DNA from: Deltaproteobacteria bacterium
Lineage (GTDB): Bacteria > Desulfobacterota > Binatia > JACPRU01
NCBI GenBank assembly: GCA_016189835.1
Contig: JACPRU010000051.1
Location: 944 to 64,943 of the forward strand
Direction: 5' to 3'
DNA length: 64,000 nt
The notes under the pieces are model-generated. The model made no database searches and had not been told where the DNA came from. It saw nothing but the letters and a program-made list of their open reading frames with translations. Position numbers and translations under genes: made by a program. Positions 18,868-27,910 of the stretch are shown here, in pieces (the stretch's first letter is position 1; each line of letters begins with the position of its first letter).

Positions 18868-19152
18868 TTACTTCTTCGCTCCGAGCACGGCTTCCTTGAA
18901 GCTCTTGGCGACGCTGAAACGAACCTTGACACGCGCGGGGATCTTGATGGGCTCTCCGGTCTGCGGGTTGCGTCCCATGCGGGCGCTGGTCTTTCGCTTC
19001 TTCCAGGCGCCGAGGTTCGGGATCTTGACCGAATCTCCCTTCTTCACCGCGCCGATGATCATGCCGACCATCTCGGTGAGGACGGTGTCCGCCTGCTTCT
19101 TCGACAACCCCGACTGCTCCGCCAGCTTCGCCACGAACTGCGATTTGGTCAT
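18868..19152 (-). CDS. HU-family DNA-binding protein
   Basis: ORF 18868..19188(-) gives, from its internal start, MTKSQFVAKLAEQSGLSKKQADTVLTEM...GRNPQTGEPIKIPARVKVRF, which is HU/IHF. Confidence 0.85.
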   Translation of the reverse strand: MTKSQFVAKLAEQSGLSKKQADTVLTEMVGMIIGAVKKGDSVKIPNLGAWKKRKTSARMGRNPQTGEPIKIPARVKVRFSVAKSFKEAVLGAKK

Positions 19153-19323
19153 GTGGCCCACCCTCCCTCCAAAAAGTTTCGCGGACATTAGGAAGCGGTC
19201 GAAATTTTGTCAAGCGTTTCTTCCTCCCGTCCTTGTGCCATGCGGCTCGGCGCAGCGTTCGCCGCTCTTGACTTCCGCCGCGTTCCCTGGGCGCGGATCC
19301 GTGCCGCGCGAGCGTCGACGCGC

Positions 19324-20271
19324 TCAGCGCCGACGGCCGCGCGGGGCCGGGCCATGCGCGACGTAGACCGCTCCTCCCACCAACCCGGACAGCATCACCA
19401 CCACGAACCAGGCGAGCGCGAAGGCGATCGCCGATTCGCGAGAGACGCCGATGTGGGCGAGGAAGAACACGTAGCCGCCTTCCCGCACGCCGAGGCCGTT
19501 CAGGCTCACCGGGATCGCCGCCAGGATGTTCACCAGAGGCCCGAGGATGAAGCAGTACGACCAGGGCACCGCCAAGCCGAGCGCGGAGACGAGCACGACG
19601 AGCACGCCGACCTGGGAGAGGTGAAAGCAGAGCGACAGCAGGCTCACCTCGGCGAGCAGTCGATAATCGTCCCAGTAGGGCGCCAGATCCTGCTCGATCA
19701 GGCGGCGCAGACGGCTGTCGCGCCTCAGCACCCGGGGCAACAGCCGCGGCAGCACCCGCCATCCGCCGAGCAGCGCGCCCGACAGTGCGATCACCCCCCA
19801 GTAGAGCGCCGCGGGCAGCTCGTAGTGGTGAAGCACGCCGAGCGCGACCAATGCGACGCCCAGCAGCACGACGAGGCCGCTCACGCGGTCGGCGACCACG
19901 GTATTCACCGCCAGGGCGTGCCGTCCCCCCGATCCCGCCAGATAGAGCGCGCGGACCACGTCCCCGCCCACCGTGCCGAAGCCGAAGGCGTTGAAGAACA
20001 CGCCGATGAAGTAGTACCCGACGAACGAGGCGGCGCTGCCGCCGAATCCGACGGCGCTCGCCAGCCGCCTCCATTTGAGCGCCGAGACCACCTGTCCCGC
20101 GACGTACAGCGCCACCGCGAAGGCGAACCGCCCGAGATCGAGGTGGCCGACGAACCGGGCGATCTCCGCGAAATCGACACGCCGCAGGAGATAGAGCAGG
20201 AGCCCGAGGCTGACCGCCAGCTTGGCGGCCAGCTTCCAGGGCCGTTGCGGCTGGGAAAGGTCGGCGGGCAC
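19324..20271 (-). CDS. flippase-like domain membrane protein (UPF0104 family), second copy
   Basis: The 315-aa polytopic membrane protein has the same architecture as 9018..10025. It is divergently oriented to the B12-radical SAM gene. Confidence 0.6.
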   Translation of the reverse strand: MPADLSQPQRPWKLAAKLAVSLGLLLYLLRRVDFAEIARFVGHLDLGRFAFAVALYVAGQVVSALKWRRLASAVGFGGSAASFVGYYFIGVFFNAFGFGTVGGDVVRALYLAGSGGRHALAVNTVVADRVSGLVVLLGVALVALGVLHHYELPAALYWGVIALSGALLGGWRVLPRLLPRVLRRDSRLRRLIEQDLAPYWDDYRLLAEVSLLSLCFHLSQVGVLVVLVSALGLAVPWSYCFILGPLVNILAAIPVSLNGLGVREGGYVFFLAHIGVSRESAIAFALAWFVVVMLSGLVGGAVYVAHGPAPRGRRR

Positions 20272-20392
20272 AGCGCGCTTCTAGCGGGAACGCCCTGGAA
20301 TGGAAACGCGGCTTCCTCGATCTTGCGGCGTCCGCGATCCCTCGATCGGCGCCGCCTTGGCAGGTCCCGCCCGTTGGCCTATAGCTCTGGGC

Positions 20393-21886
20393 ATGAGCGC
20401 TCGCGGCAGCATCCGCAGGGTCGCGCTCGTCGAGCCGCCTTACGTGTTCTGGGACCGCAGCATGGATCGCCTGCGCCAGAGCGAAGAATCGATCCCGGGA
20501 TTCGGCATGCTCATGCTCGCCGCCGTGGCGCGCGCCCGCGGCTACGAGGTGCGCATCTTCGACGCCAAAGGAAGCGGCGAGTCCCCCGATCGCATCGCCA
20601 CCGGCCTGCTCGCCTTCGCTCCCGACGTCGTCGGCTTCTCGGCGACGACCGTCTCGATCGCCAACGCCGACCGCATCGCGCAGCGCGTGAAGGCGGCCGC
20701 GCCGCAAACCATCACCGTCGTCGGCGGGGCGCACGTGAGCGCCGTCCCGGAGCGCACGCTCGCCGCGTTCCCCGCTCTCGACTACGGCATGATCGGCGAA
20801 GGCGAACTGTCGTTCTTCGAGTTCCTCGCCCGCCTCGGCGACGGCGGGGGAGTCGGTGACTGCGCGGGGCTCGTGCATCGGCGAGGCGAGGAGGTCGTCG
20901 CCAACCGCCGGGCGCCCTACATCACCGATCTCGACGCGCTGCCCCGGCCGGCTTGGGATCTGGTCCGCGGATTTCCTCACCGCTTCCATCCCTCGCTGCT
21001 CAGCTACCGCCGGTCTCCCGTGGCCACGTTGGTGACCAGTCGCGGCTGTCCGTTCTCGTGCTCCTTCTGCGACCGCTCCACGTCGGGAAAGCTCGGCCGC
21101 TATCACTCCACCGAATCGGTGCTGCGCCACTGCCGCCATCTCGTCGATCTCGGCGTTCGCCACATCATCTTCTACGACGACCTCTTCACCGTGAAGCGCC
21201 AGCGCGTGGTCGAGATCTGCGAGGGCTTCCTGGCCGCCGGGCTCGACTTCACTTGGAGCTGCAACAGCCATCCCAATCTGCTCGACTTCGAGACCCTGCG
21301 CTTGATGAAGCGCGCCGGCTGCTGGCAGATCGCCTACGGCATCGAGTCGGGATCCCAGCGGATCCTCGACGTCGTCAAGCGCGAGGTTCGGCTTCCGCGC
21401 ATGCGCGAGACGCTGCGCATGACGCGGGCCGCCGGCATCCGCGCGAAGGGCTATCTGATGATCGGCCATCCCACCGAGACGTTCGAGACCCTCGAGGAAA
21501 CCGCCGAGTTCCTGCGGGTCGTGGAGCTCGACCTCTGCCAGATCACGAAGTTCACGCCGTACCCGGGAACGCCGGCCTACCCGACGATCCGGGCGCACGG
21601 CGCGTTCACCGAGGATTGGGAGCGCATGAATGCCATGAACTTCGTGTTCGTGCCGAGCGGCCTGTCGGAGGCGGCTCTGGAGACGCAGTTCCATCGCCTC
21701 TATTCGATCTTCTACAGCCGACTGGACGTGCTGCGGGGCATCGCACGGATGGTGCTCGAGGAACCGCGCTTCCTGCGTCAGCTCGGATCGTCGGCATGGG
21801 TGTACCTGAAATCACAACTGCCGAATCGGCACTTCCGCCGCGGCATCCTCGGGCGGCGGTGCCCGACCGAGTCGCTTGCTTCCTGA
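20393..21886 (+). CDS. cobalamin (B12)-binding radical SAM protein (class B radical SAM)
   Basis: ORF 20300..21886(+) has an N-terminal B12-binding Rossmann-like region (RVALVEPPYVF...GYEVRIFDA) and the radical SAM CxxxCxxC motif RGCPFSCSFC. The start was set at MSARGSIRRV (M32). Confidence 0.8.
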   Translation: MSARGSIRRVALVEPPYVFWDRSMDRLRQSEESIPGFGMLMLAAVARARGYEVRIFDAKGSGESPDRIATGLLAFAPDVVGFSATTVSIANADRIAQRVKAAAPQTITVVGGAHVSAVPERTLAAFPALDYGMIGEGELSFFEFLARLGDGGGVGDCAGLVHRRGEEVVANRRAPYITDLDALPRPAWDLVRGFPHRFHPSLLSYRRSPVATLVTSRGCPFSCSFCDRSTSGKLGRYHSTESVLRHCRHLVDLGVRHIIFYDDLFTVKRQRVVEICEGFLAAGLDFTWSCNSHPNLLDFETLRLMKRAGCWQIAYGIESGSQRILDVVKREVRLPRMRETLRMTRAAGIRAKGYLMIGHPTETFETLEETAEFLRVVELDLCQITKFTPYPGTPAYPTIRAHGAFTEDWERMNAMNFVFVPSGLSEAALETQFHRLYSIFYSRLDVLRGIARMVLEEPRFLRQLGSSAWVYLKSQLPNRHFRRGILGRRCPTESLAS

Positions 21887-22007
21887 CCGCGCCGATCGCC
21901 GACGCTCGCTGCGGCGACCCCGCCCCGTGGTCGCGATCGCCGCCGGCGTCGCGCTCGCCGCCCTGCTCGGACACTCCAGCGACGACCGGCGAGCGGAGCG
22001 GGAAGAA

Positions 22008-22616
22008 ATGGTGGAGCAGCAGATCGCCGCGCGCGGCGTCGCCGATCCCCGCGTGCTCGCCGCCATGCGTTCGGTGCCGCGCCACCGCTTCGTGCCCGCG
22101 GAGTGGCAGGCCTCGGCCTACGACGACGGCCCGTTGCCGATCGGCGAAGGCCAGACGATCTCCCAGCCCTACGTGGTCGCGAAGATGACCGAGCTGCTTC
22201 GCCTGTCGCCGACAGACCGCGTCTTCGAGCTCGGCACCGGCTCGGCCTACCAGGCGGCGGTGGCGTCGTTGCTGTGCGCCCGCGTGTGGACGGTGGAGAT
22301 CCAGCCGGCGCTCGCCGAGCGCGCCCGCCGGACGCTGCGCGGGCTCGGCTACGACAACGTGACCGTGCGCGCCGGCGACGGCTTCCGCGGCTGGCCGGAA
22401 GAAGCCCCGTTCGACGCCATGGTGATCACCGCCGCCGTGCCCCGGCTTCCCGAGGAGCTGCTGAAGCAGCTGAAGCCGGGCGGCCGCGCGATCCTGCCGC
22501 TCGGCGACCCGCTCGCCGTCCAGGATCTGGTGCTGCTCGAGAAGCGCGCCGACGGCAGCGTGGTCACCCGCGAGGTCTTCCCGGTGCGGTTTGTGCCCGC
22601 TACCGGCCAGCCGTAG
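22008..22616 (+). CDS. pcm: protein-L-isoaspartate O-methyltransferase
   Basis: ORF 21876..22616(+) contains the Pcm motifs VLAAMRSVPRHRFVP and RVFELGTGSAYQAAV. The start was set at M45 (MVEQQ). A TTG at 21876 would add a hydrophobic N-terminal extension as an alternative. Confidence 0.8.
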   Translation: MVEQQIAARGVADPRVLAAMRSVPRHRFVPAEWQASAYDDGPLPIGEGQTISQPYVVAKMTELLRLSPTDRVFELGTGSAYQAAVASLLCARVWTVEIQPALAERARRTLRGLGYDNVTVRAGDGFRGWPEEAPFDAMVITAAVPRLPEELLKQLKPGGRAILPLGDPLAVQDLVLLEKRADGSVVTREVFPVRFVPATGQP

Positions 22617-22749
22617 GCGGTCGCGCCGTGGCGGCCTGCCGCGGCGAAGCCGCGGGAAACCGGCGACGGTCGCACGGCGGCGCCGACGAGCGCCGTCGCG
22701 CCCTCCTCCGCCGCCGTCGTGGTCGGTTGGCGCACTCCGGCGCGCTCTC

Positions 22750-23205
22750 TCAGGATCCCGCGCGCACGATCTCCGCTGCCGTGCTCACCGCGCAAGCGAC
22801 CGAATTGGCAATGAAGCAGCCGTCGTGGGCGGCCTCGACCAGCGCCCGCGCCTTCGCTTCGTCGGCGTTGGCGGCGATGGTGATGCGCGGGCGCAACTGC
22901 ACGTCGGTGATCCGCATCCTGCGCTCGGCGATCGTCAGCGTCGCCTCGGCACTGTCTTCGTACGCGAGCACCTGGATGCCGGCGCGGTTGGCGAACGAGA
23001 GATACGTCAGCATCTGACAGGAAGCGAGCGAGGCCAGGAACAGCTCCTCGGGATTCAGCTTGCTCGGATCGCCGCGGTACTGCGGCGCCGCGGACACCTC
23101 GATCGGCGGCCGGCCGCCGAACTCGACGCGGTGGTTTCCGGCGGCGACGCCCTCGGCCCCTGCGGCCCAGACCAGTCGAGCGTGAAAGGAATGCCTCGTT
23201 GCCAT
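22750..23205 (-). CDS. OsmC/Ohr family peroxiredoxin
   Basis: The 151-aa product has the two conserved Cys of OsmC (LASCQM ... DGCFIANS). Confidence 0.8.
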   Translation of the reverse strand: MATRHSFHARLVWAAGAEGVAAGNHRVEFGGRPPIEVSAAPQYRGDPSKLNPEELFLASLASCQMLTYLSFANRAGIQVLAYEDSAEATLTIAERRMRITDVQLRPRITIAANADEAKARALVEAAHDGCFIANSVACAVSTAAEIVRAGS

Positions 23206-23309
23206 CAGAACCTCCCGCTGCGGTCATCGCTACCACAGAATCGCGCGAGCCGCTGCCCCACCCGAAGGCGCGAGTTGGCGAGCCGCGGCCCGCGGGATAG
23301 GAACCGGCC

Positions 23310-24410
23310 ATGAGCTTGGAGGTTTTCAAGAAACTTCCGCTCGGCGGCTTGGACCGGCGCGCGCTCGCCGCATCGCTCTCCGCCCACGGACGGTCGACGG
23401 CCGCCGAGCTGCTCGATCGGCAGCGCGCCGCCGTCCGGCCCCAGGGAACGCGCATCGCCGGCGATGTCGCGGTGCTGATCCTCGGCGGATCGAACGGCAT
23501 CACCCGTGCGCTGGCGATCCAGCTCCTGTTCGGCGAACGGGCCGCGGTCTACGGCGTCCACTTCGACAGCGAGAAGCTGCAGATCGGCTGCTTTCACGTG
23601 CAGGCGCTTCGCGAGGCGGCCGCGCAGGCGCGCCTCGTCGCCGAATTCTGGAACGAGGACGCGACCAAGCCCTCGACCATCGAGGCCGTCGTGGCCGCGC
23701 TGCGCTCGCGGCACCGCGCCGTGCACCTGGTGAACGGCATCGCCGCCGGGGCGACCAAACGCTACGCGCAGCACGGACCCGCCCGGGTCAAGGATCTCGA
23801 CGTCGCCTTTCATCCGGTCCTCCAAGTCCCCGACTTCTCCAGCCCGCGGAACCTGCGCCGGCTCGGACTCGTCGACGTCGAGGTCGCCACCGAGGCCGAC
23901 GTCGAGCGCACGAACCGCTTCATGGGGACCTCGTCGCTGCCGTGGGCGGAAGCGCTCGCCGCGGCCGGCCTGCTCGCCCGCGACGAGAGCATCGTCGCGT
24001 TCTGCGACTACGACTATCCGCCGGACGATCCGGTCTATGCGATGGGGCCGCTCGCCGGCGCCAAGCAGCTGCAGCGCCGGACGGTGTCGGAGATCCGCGC
24101 ACGGTTCGCGGCGCGCACCGTGCGGCTCTGCTACCCGGCGATGGCGACCACCGCGCTCGGCGCGATCCCCGGCGGCCTGCTGATGTACGCGCTCACCGCG
24201 CAAATTCTTCTCGAGCGCGGCCAGTACAAGGATCTGCCCGAGCTCGCCGCCGAGTCGATGAGCATGTTCCGGCCCGGAGCGCAGGGTCACGAGCTGCGTC
24301 TGGACGCCGCCTACCAGCAATGCTTGCCGGAATTCTCTGCCCGCAGCGCCGCGCTCGAGCCCGGCGATCTGCCCGCCGGCCTGCATCTCGTGTTCGCGGC
24401 GCGGTCCTGA
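23310..24410 (+). CDS. putative NAD(P)H-dependent trans-2-enoyl reductase (FabV/TER-like)
   Basis: The 366-aa product has the N-terminal motif VAVLILGGSNGITRALAIQLLFGERAAVYGVHFD, which resembles the FabV nucleotide-binding segment (RVLVIGASTGYGL...GVFFE). The similarity is distant and the call is by pattern only. Confidence 0.45.
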   Translation: MSLEVFKKLPLGGLDRRALAASLSAHGRSTAAELLDRQRAAVRPQGTRIAGDVAVLILGGSNGITRALAIQLLFGERAAVYGVHFDSEKLQIGCFHVQALREAAAQARLVAEFWNEDATKPSTIEAVVAALRSRHRAVHLVNGIAAGATKRYAQHGPARVKDLDVAFHPVLQVPDFSSPRNLRRLGLVDVEVATEADVERTNRFMGTSSLPWAEALAAAGLLARDESIVAFCDYDYPPDDPVYAMGPLAGAKQLQRRTVSEIRARFAARTVRLCYPAMATTALGAIPGGLLMYALTAQILLERGQYKDLPELAAESMSMFRPGAQGHELRLDAAYQQCLPEFSARSAALEPGDLPAGLHLVFAARS

Positions 24411-24469
24411 GCCCGCCCCGGCCCGGCGCCGGCTCTTGACTCTGCCGATGCGGGAAGAAACCCTGCTCC

Positions 24470-27400
24470 ATGCGCTGCCGGGGCTGCAACGCGGAACTGG
24501 TCTCCGGGGCCAAGTTCTGCCACGTGTGCGGGACGCGGGTGGAGGCGGCCTGTCCGACCTGCGGCGCGCCGATTCGCCCGGAGTTCCGCTTCTGCCCGGA
24601 GTGCGGCACCGCGCTGCGCTCCGACGCCGCCGCGCCGCCTCCCGCCGGGACTGATCCCGACGCCGGCGCGTCGGCGCCGAACGCCGGCACGCCGAGCGAT
24701 CGCCTCGGCCGCCTCACGCGCCACATCCCCCGCGATCTCGCGCAGAAGATCCGCGGCATTCAGGGAACCCTCGCCGGCGAACGCAAGCTCGTGACGGTGC
24801 TGTTCTGCGACCTGGTCGGCTCGACGGCGATCGCCGAGCGTCTGGACCCGGAGGAGTATCGCGATCTGCTCGATCAGTACCTCGAGCTGGCATTCCACGA
24901 GATCTACCGCTTCGAGGGCATCGTCAATCAGCTCGCCGGCGACGGCATGATGGCCTTGTTCGGCGCCCCGGTGGCGCACGAGGACGCCCCGTATCGCGCC
25001 GTGCGGGCGGCGTGCGAAATCCGGGCCGCGCTCGACGCCTTCAACCGCCAGCTCGGCGCTCGTCGCGGCTTCGAGCTGCGCGCGCGCATCGGCATTCACA
25101 CCGGCCCGGTGGTGGTCGGCACGGTCGGCAACGATCTCAAGATGGACTACACGGCGATCGGCGACACCACCAATCTCGCCGCCCGCCTGCAGTCCCTGGC
25201 GGCGCCCGGGTCGATCCTGGCGAGCGAAGCGACCGTCCGTCTCGTGCACGGGTTCTTCCACCTGAGAGCCGTGGAACCCTTCACCGTGAGGGGCAAGAGC
25301 GAGCCGGTCACCGCCTACGAGGTGCTCGGCCGCAGCGAGATCACCACCGCCCTCGGCGCCGCCCGGGCGCGGGGATTGACTCCTCTGGTCGGTCGCGAGC
25401 AGGAGCTCTCGCAGCTCGCCGATTGCTTCGCGCGCGTGCGCGGCAGCCTCCCCCAGGTCGTCACCGTGATCGGCGAGGCGGGCAGCGGCAAGTCGCGCCT
25501 GCTGTTCGAGTTTCGCGAGGCGCTGGCCGCCGAGCCGGTGGTCTTCTTCGAAGGCCGCTGCTCGGCGCTCAAGCAGAAAGTCCCTTACTCGCCCTTCGTG
25601 GTCATGCTCAAGCAATATTTCGCGATCTCCGGCAACGATCCGCCGGAAGTCGCCTGCGAGAAGGTCGCCGCCAAGGTTCGGGATTTCGACCCGCGGCTCG
25701 GGGCGATCCATCCCTTCCTCTGCCGCATGCTCTCGGTCTCCGCGGCTCCGCCGACCGACCTGCCGGCCGACGAGATCAAGCGCGAGACGTTCCATGCTCT
25801 GGCCGACCTCGTCGTTCGGCTGAGCGAGCGGACGCCCGTCGTGATGGTGATCGAGGACCTCCACTGGATCGACGACGCGTCCCGCGAGCTCCTGGAGCTC
25901 TCGGTCGCCGAGCTGGCGCGCGCGCGGGTGATGATGATCTTCACCCACCGGCCCGACTTCCGCGCCGCCTGGCGCGCTCAGGTCGCCTTCACCCAGCTCT
26001 CGCTGCGGCCGCTGTCGCAGGACGAGGCGCGCACGATCATTCGCGCGGTCGCCGACGCGCCGCTCCCGGAAGATCTCGAAGCGCGCATCCTCACCAAGGC
26101 GGAGGGCAGCCCGTTCTTCACCGAGGAGATCACCCGCGCGCTGCTCGAGGAGGGCTACGTGGTGGTGACCGACGGCCGCGCGGTGCTCACCCGGCCGATC
26201 GAGGAGGTGCTGATCCCCGGCACGGTGCGCGAGGTGATCGCCGCGCGGCTCGACCGCTTGGGCGGCCCGGCCAAGCGAGCCATCCAGGTCGCCTCGGTGC
26301 TCGGCCGGCAGTTTCGCGGCGCGCAGCTCGCCCGCCTGCTCGAAGGCGAGGGCATCGACGTTTCGGCGGTGCTCGGCGTGCTCGAGAATCGCGGGATCCT
26401 GCACCGCAAGAACGTGCTGTCGGACGACGAGTTCCGGTTCGGCGAGAGCCTGACCCAGGAAGTCGCGTACGACGGCCTGCTGCTGAAGGAGCGCCGACAG
26501 CTTCACGAGCGCATCGGCTTGTTGCTCGAATCCGAGCCGGGCGACGGAAACGCCGAGCGCTTCGCCTTGCTGGCGCATCATTTCGCGCGCAGCGACAATC
26601 GCCGCAAGGCCCTGGACACGCTGCTCGCGGCGGCACGCCACGCCGAGAGCCTGCCCTCGTATCCCACCGCCATCGACCTCTACCGCCAAGCCTGGGAGGT
26701 GGGCCACAGCTCGCTCGCCGAGGGCGCGGAGGTCGACGACGGATTCCGCCGCCTCGTCTTGCGGGCCGCGCTCGACCTCTGCCGTATGGCGGTCGTCTAC
26801 GTCGCCCCCGACGCGCTCGACGTCGAGAACGCGGCCCGCGTCGGCCGCGATCTCGCCGATGCGCTCGGCGACGTTCAGACGGCGGCGAGCTTTCGCGCCT
26901 ATCACGGCATGATCGCCATGAGCGACAGCCGCGAGCGCTTCGCCGAGGGCCTGGCCCTGGTGGAGAGCGGCTACGAGCTCGCCGAGACCAACGACCTGAA
27001 GGACGTTTCGCTCGGCATCTCCCGCGCGCTCGCCTTCAGCTACCTGATCGACGGGCAGATCGAGCGTGCCCGGAAGATCGCGGAGCGGCTGATCGATGCG
27101 CTCGAGCGACAGGGACACCGCGAGCGGCTGACGGACTTCTATTTCGGCGCCCTGTGGATGCGCACCCTCGTCGCCGTTTTCGGCGCCGACGATCCGCTGC
27201 CCGCGCTCCAGGGGACCCTCGCCATTCACGATCTCGCCGTGCAAGCGAACAACCGCACGGCGCGCTCCGGGATGGCGGCGGTACTCGCCCAGCTGCATTA
27301 CCGGCGCGGCGAATACGCCGAGGCGATGCGCTGGGCCGATCAATCGCTGGAGATCGCGCAGGTCATCGGCAACGTCGCCACCCTCCGAGCCGCCTCCGCG

Positions 27401-27910
27401 ATCGCGCTCGGCGCCCGCCACGAGCTCGCAGAGCCGTTCGCGCCGGCTCGCTACCTGAAGCCGATCGAGGACGGCTTCGCGATGGCGAGCAACCTCTCGT
27501 TGGACGTGGGCGTCATCGTCGACGTGCTGCTCGGCGCCGGCGAGGTCGCCCTCGCGGAACGGGTCGCGCGCCTGGCGCTCGACCGAGCCGGCGGACGCTT
27601 GCGCGAGATGCACGCCCGCCTCGCGCTGGGAGACGTGCTGTCCCGTCTCGGCTCCGAGCATCACCGCGAAGCCGCCGAGTGCTTCGAGCAAGCGGGCGCG
27701 GTGGCGCGGGAGGTCGGGCTGCGCTCGATGGCCGCACACGCCCACCTCGGGCTCGGTCGACTGGCGACCTGGTCGGCCGATCCGATCGCGCGGGATCGCC
27801 ACCTGCGCGCCGCCCGCGAGGTCTTCGCCGAGCTCGGTCTGCGCCGCCATGCCGAGCGCGCCGAGCGCGCCCTCACCGAGCTCGATCCCGCGCTAGCGCG
27901 CTCGGCGTGA
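24470..27910 (+). CDS. large regulatory protein: N-terminal double zinc-ribbon + class III adenylate/guanylate cyclase + AAA/STAND ATPase + TPR-like C-terminal region
   Basis: The 1146-aa product has CxxC pairs (CRGCNAE..CHVCG..CPTCG..CPECG), a cyclase domain (VTVLFCDLVGST...GDGMMALFGAP), the P-loop GEAGSGKS, and a long helical repeat C-terminus. Confidence 0.85.
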   Translation: MRCRGCNAELVSGAKFCHVCGTRVEAACPTCGAPIRPEFRFCPECGTALRSDAAAPPPAGTDPDAGASAPNAGTPSDRLGRLTRHIPRDLAQKIRGIQGTLAGERKLVTVLFCDLVGSTAIAERLDPEEYRDLLDQYLELAFHEIYRFEGIVNQLAGDGMMALFGAPVAHEDAPYRAVRAACEIRAALDAFNRQLGARRGFELRARIGIHTGPVVVGTVGNDLKMDYTAIGDTTNLAARLQSLAAPGSILASEATVRLVHGFFHLRAVEPFTVRGKSEPVTAYEVLGRSEITTALGAARARGLTPLVGREQELSQLADCFARVRGSLPQVVTVIGEAGSGKSRLLFEFREALAAEPVVFFEGRCSALKQKVPYSPFVVMLKQYFAISGNDPPEVACEKVAAKVRDFDPRLGAIHPFLCRMLSVSAAPPTDLPADEIKRETFHALADLVVRLSERTPVVMVIEDLHWIDDASRELLELSVAELARARVMMIFTHRPDFRAAWRAQVAFTQLSLRPLSQDEARTIIRAVADAPLPEDLEARILTKAEGSPFFTEEITRALLEEGYVVVTDGRAVLTRPIEEVLIPGTVREVIAARLDRLGGPAKRAIQVASVLGRQFRGAQLARLLEGEGIDVSAVLGVLENRGILHRKNVLSDDEFRFGESLTQEVAYDGLLLKERRQLHERIGLLLESEPGDGNAERFALLAHHFARSDNRRKALDTLLAAARHAESLPSYPTAIDLYRQAWEVGHSSLAEGAEVDDGFRRLVLRAALDLCRMAVVYVAPDALDVENAARVGRDLADALGDVQTAASFRAYHGMIAMSDSRERFAEGLALVESGYELAETNDLKDVSLGISRALAFSYLIDGQIERARKIAERLIDALERQGHRERLTDFYFGALWMRTLVAVFGADDPLPALQGTLAIHDLAVQANNRTARSGMAAVLAQLHYRRGEYAEAMRWADQSLEIAQVIGNVATLRAASAIALGARHELAEPFAPARYLKPIEDGFAMASNLSLDVGVIVDVLLGAGEVALAERVARLALDRAGGRLREMHARLALGDVLSRLGSEHHREAAECFEQAGAVAREVGLRSMAAHAHLGLGRLATWSADPIARDRHLRAAREVFAELGLRRHAERAERALTELDPALARSA

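Noticed and set aside
18780-18868. Possible intrinsic terminator downstream of the HU gene (GC-rich inverted repeats GCGCUGUCGCGC)
   Set aside because: The stems are short and imperfect and are not followed by a U-tract, so the sequence cannot be supported as a terminator.
24311-27850. 1179-aa ORF on the minus strand (likewise 46814..50614(-) at 1266 aa, 53136..60167(+) at 2343 aa, 18662..21694(-) at 1010 aa, 876..1907(+), 1862..2818(+), 7283..9079(+), 22349..23503(-), 41338..43161(-), 61663..63072(-) and many others in the track)
   Set aside because: These are antisense or off-frame shadow ORFs, which is expected at ~70% GC. Their translations are Arg/Ala/Gly/Pro-rich low-complexity sequence with no family resemblance, while the opposite strand or another frame encodes a clearly recognisable protein.
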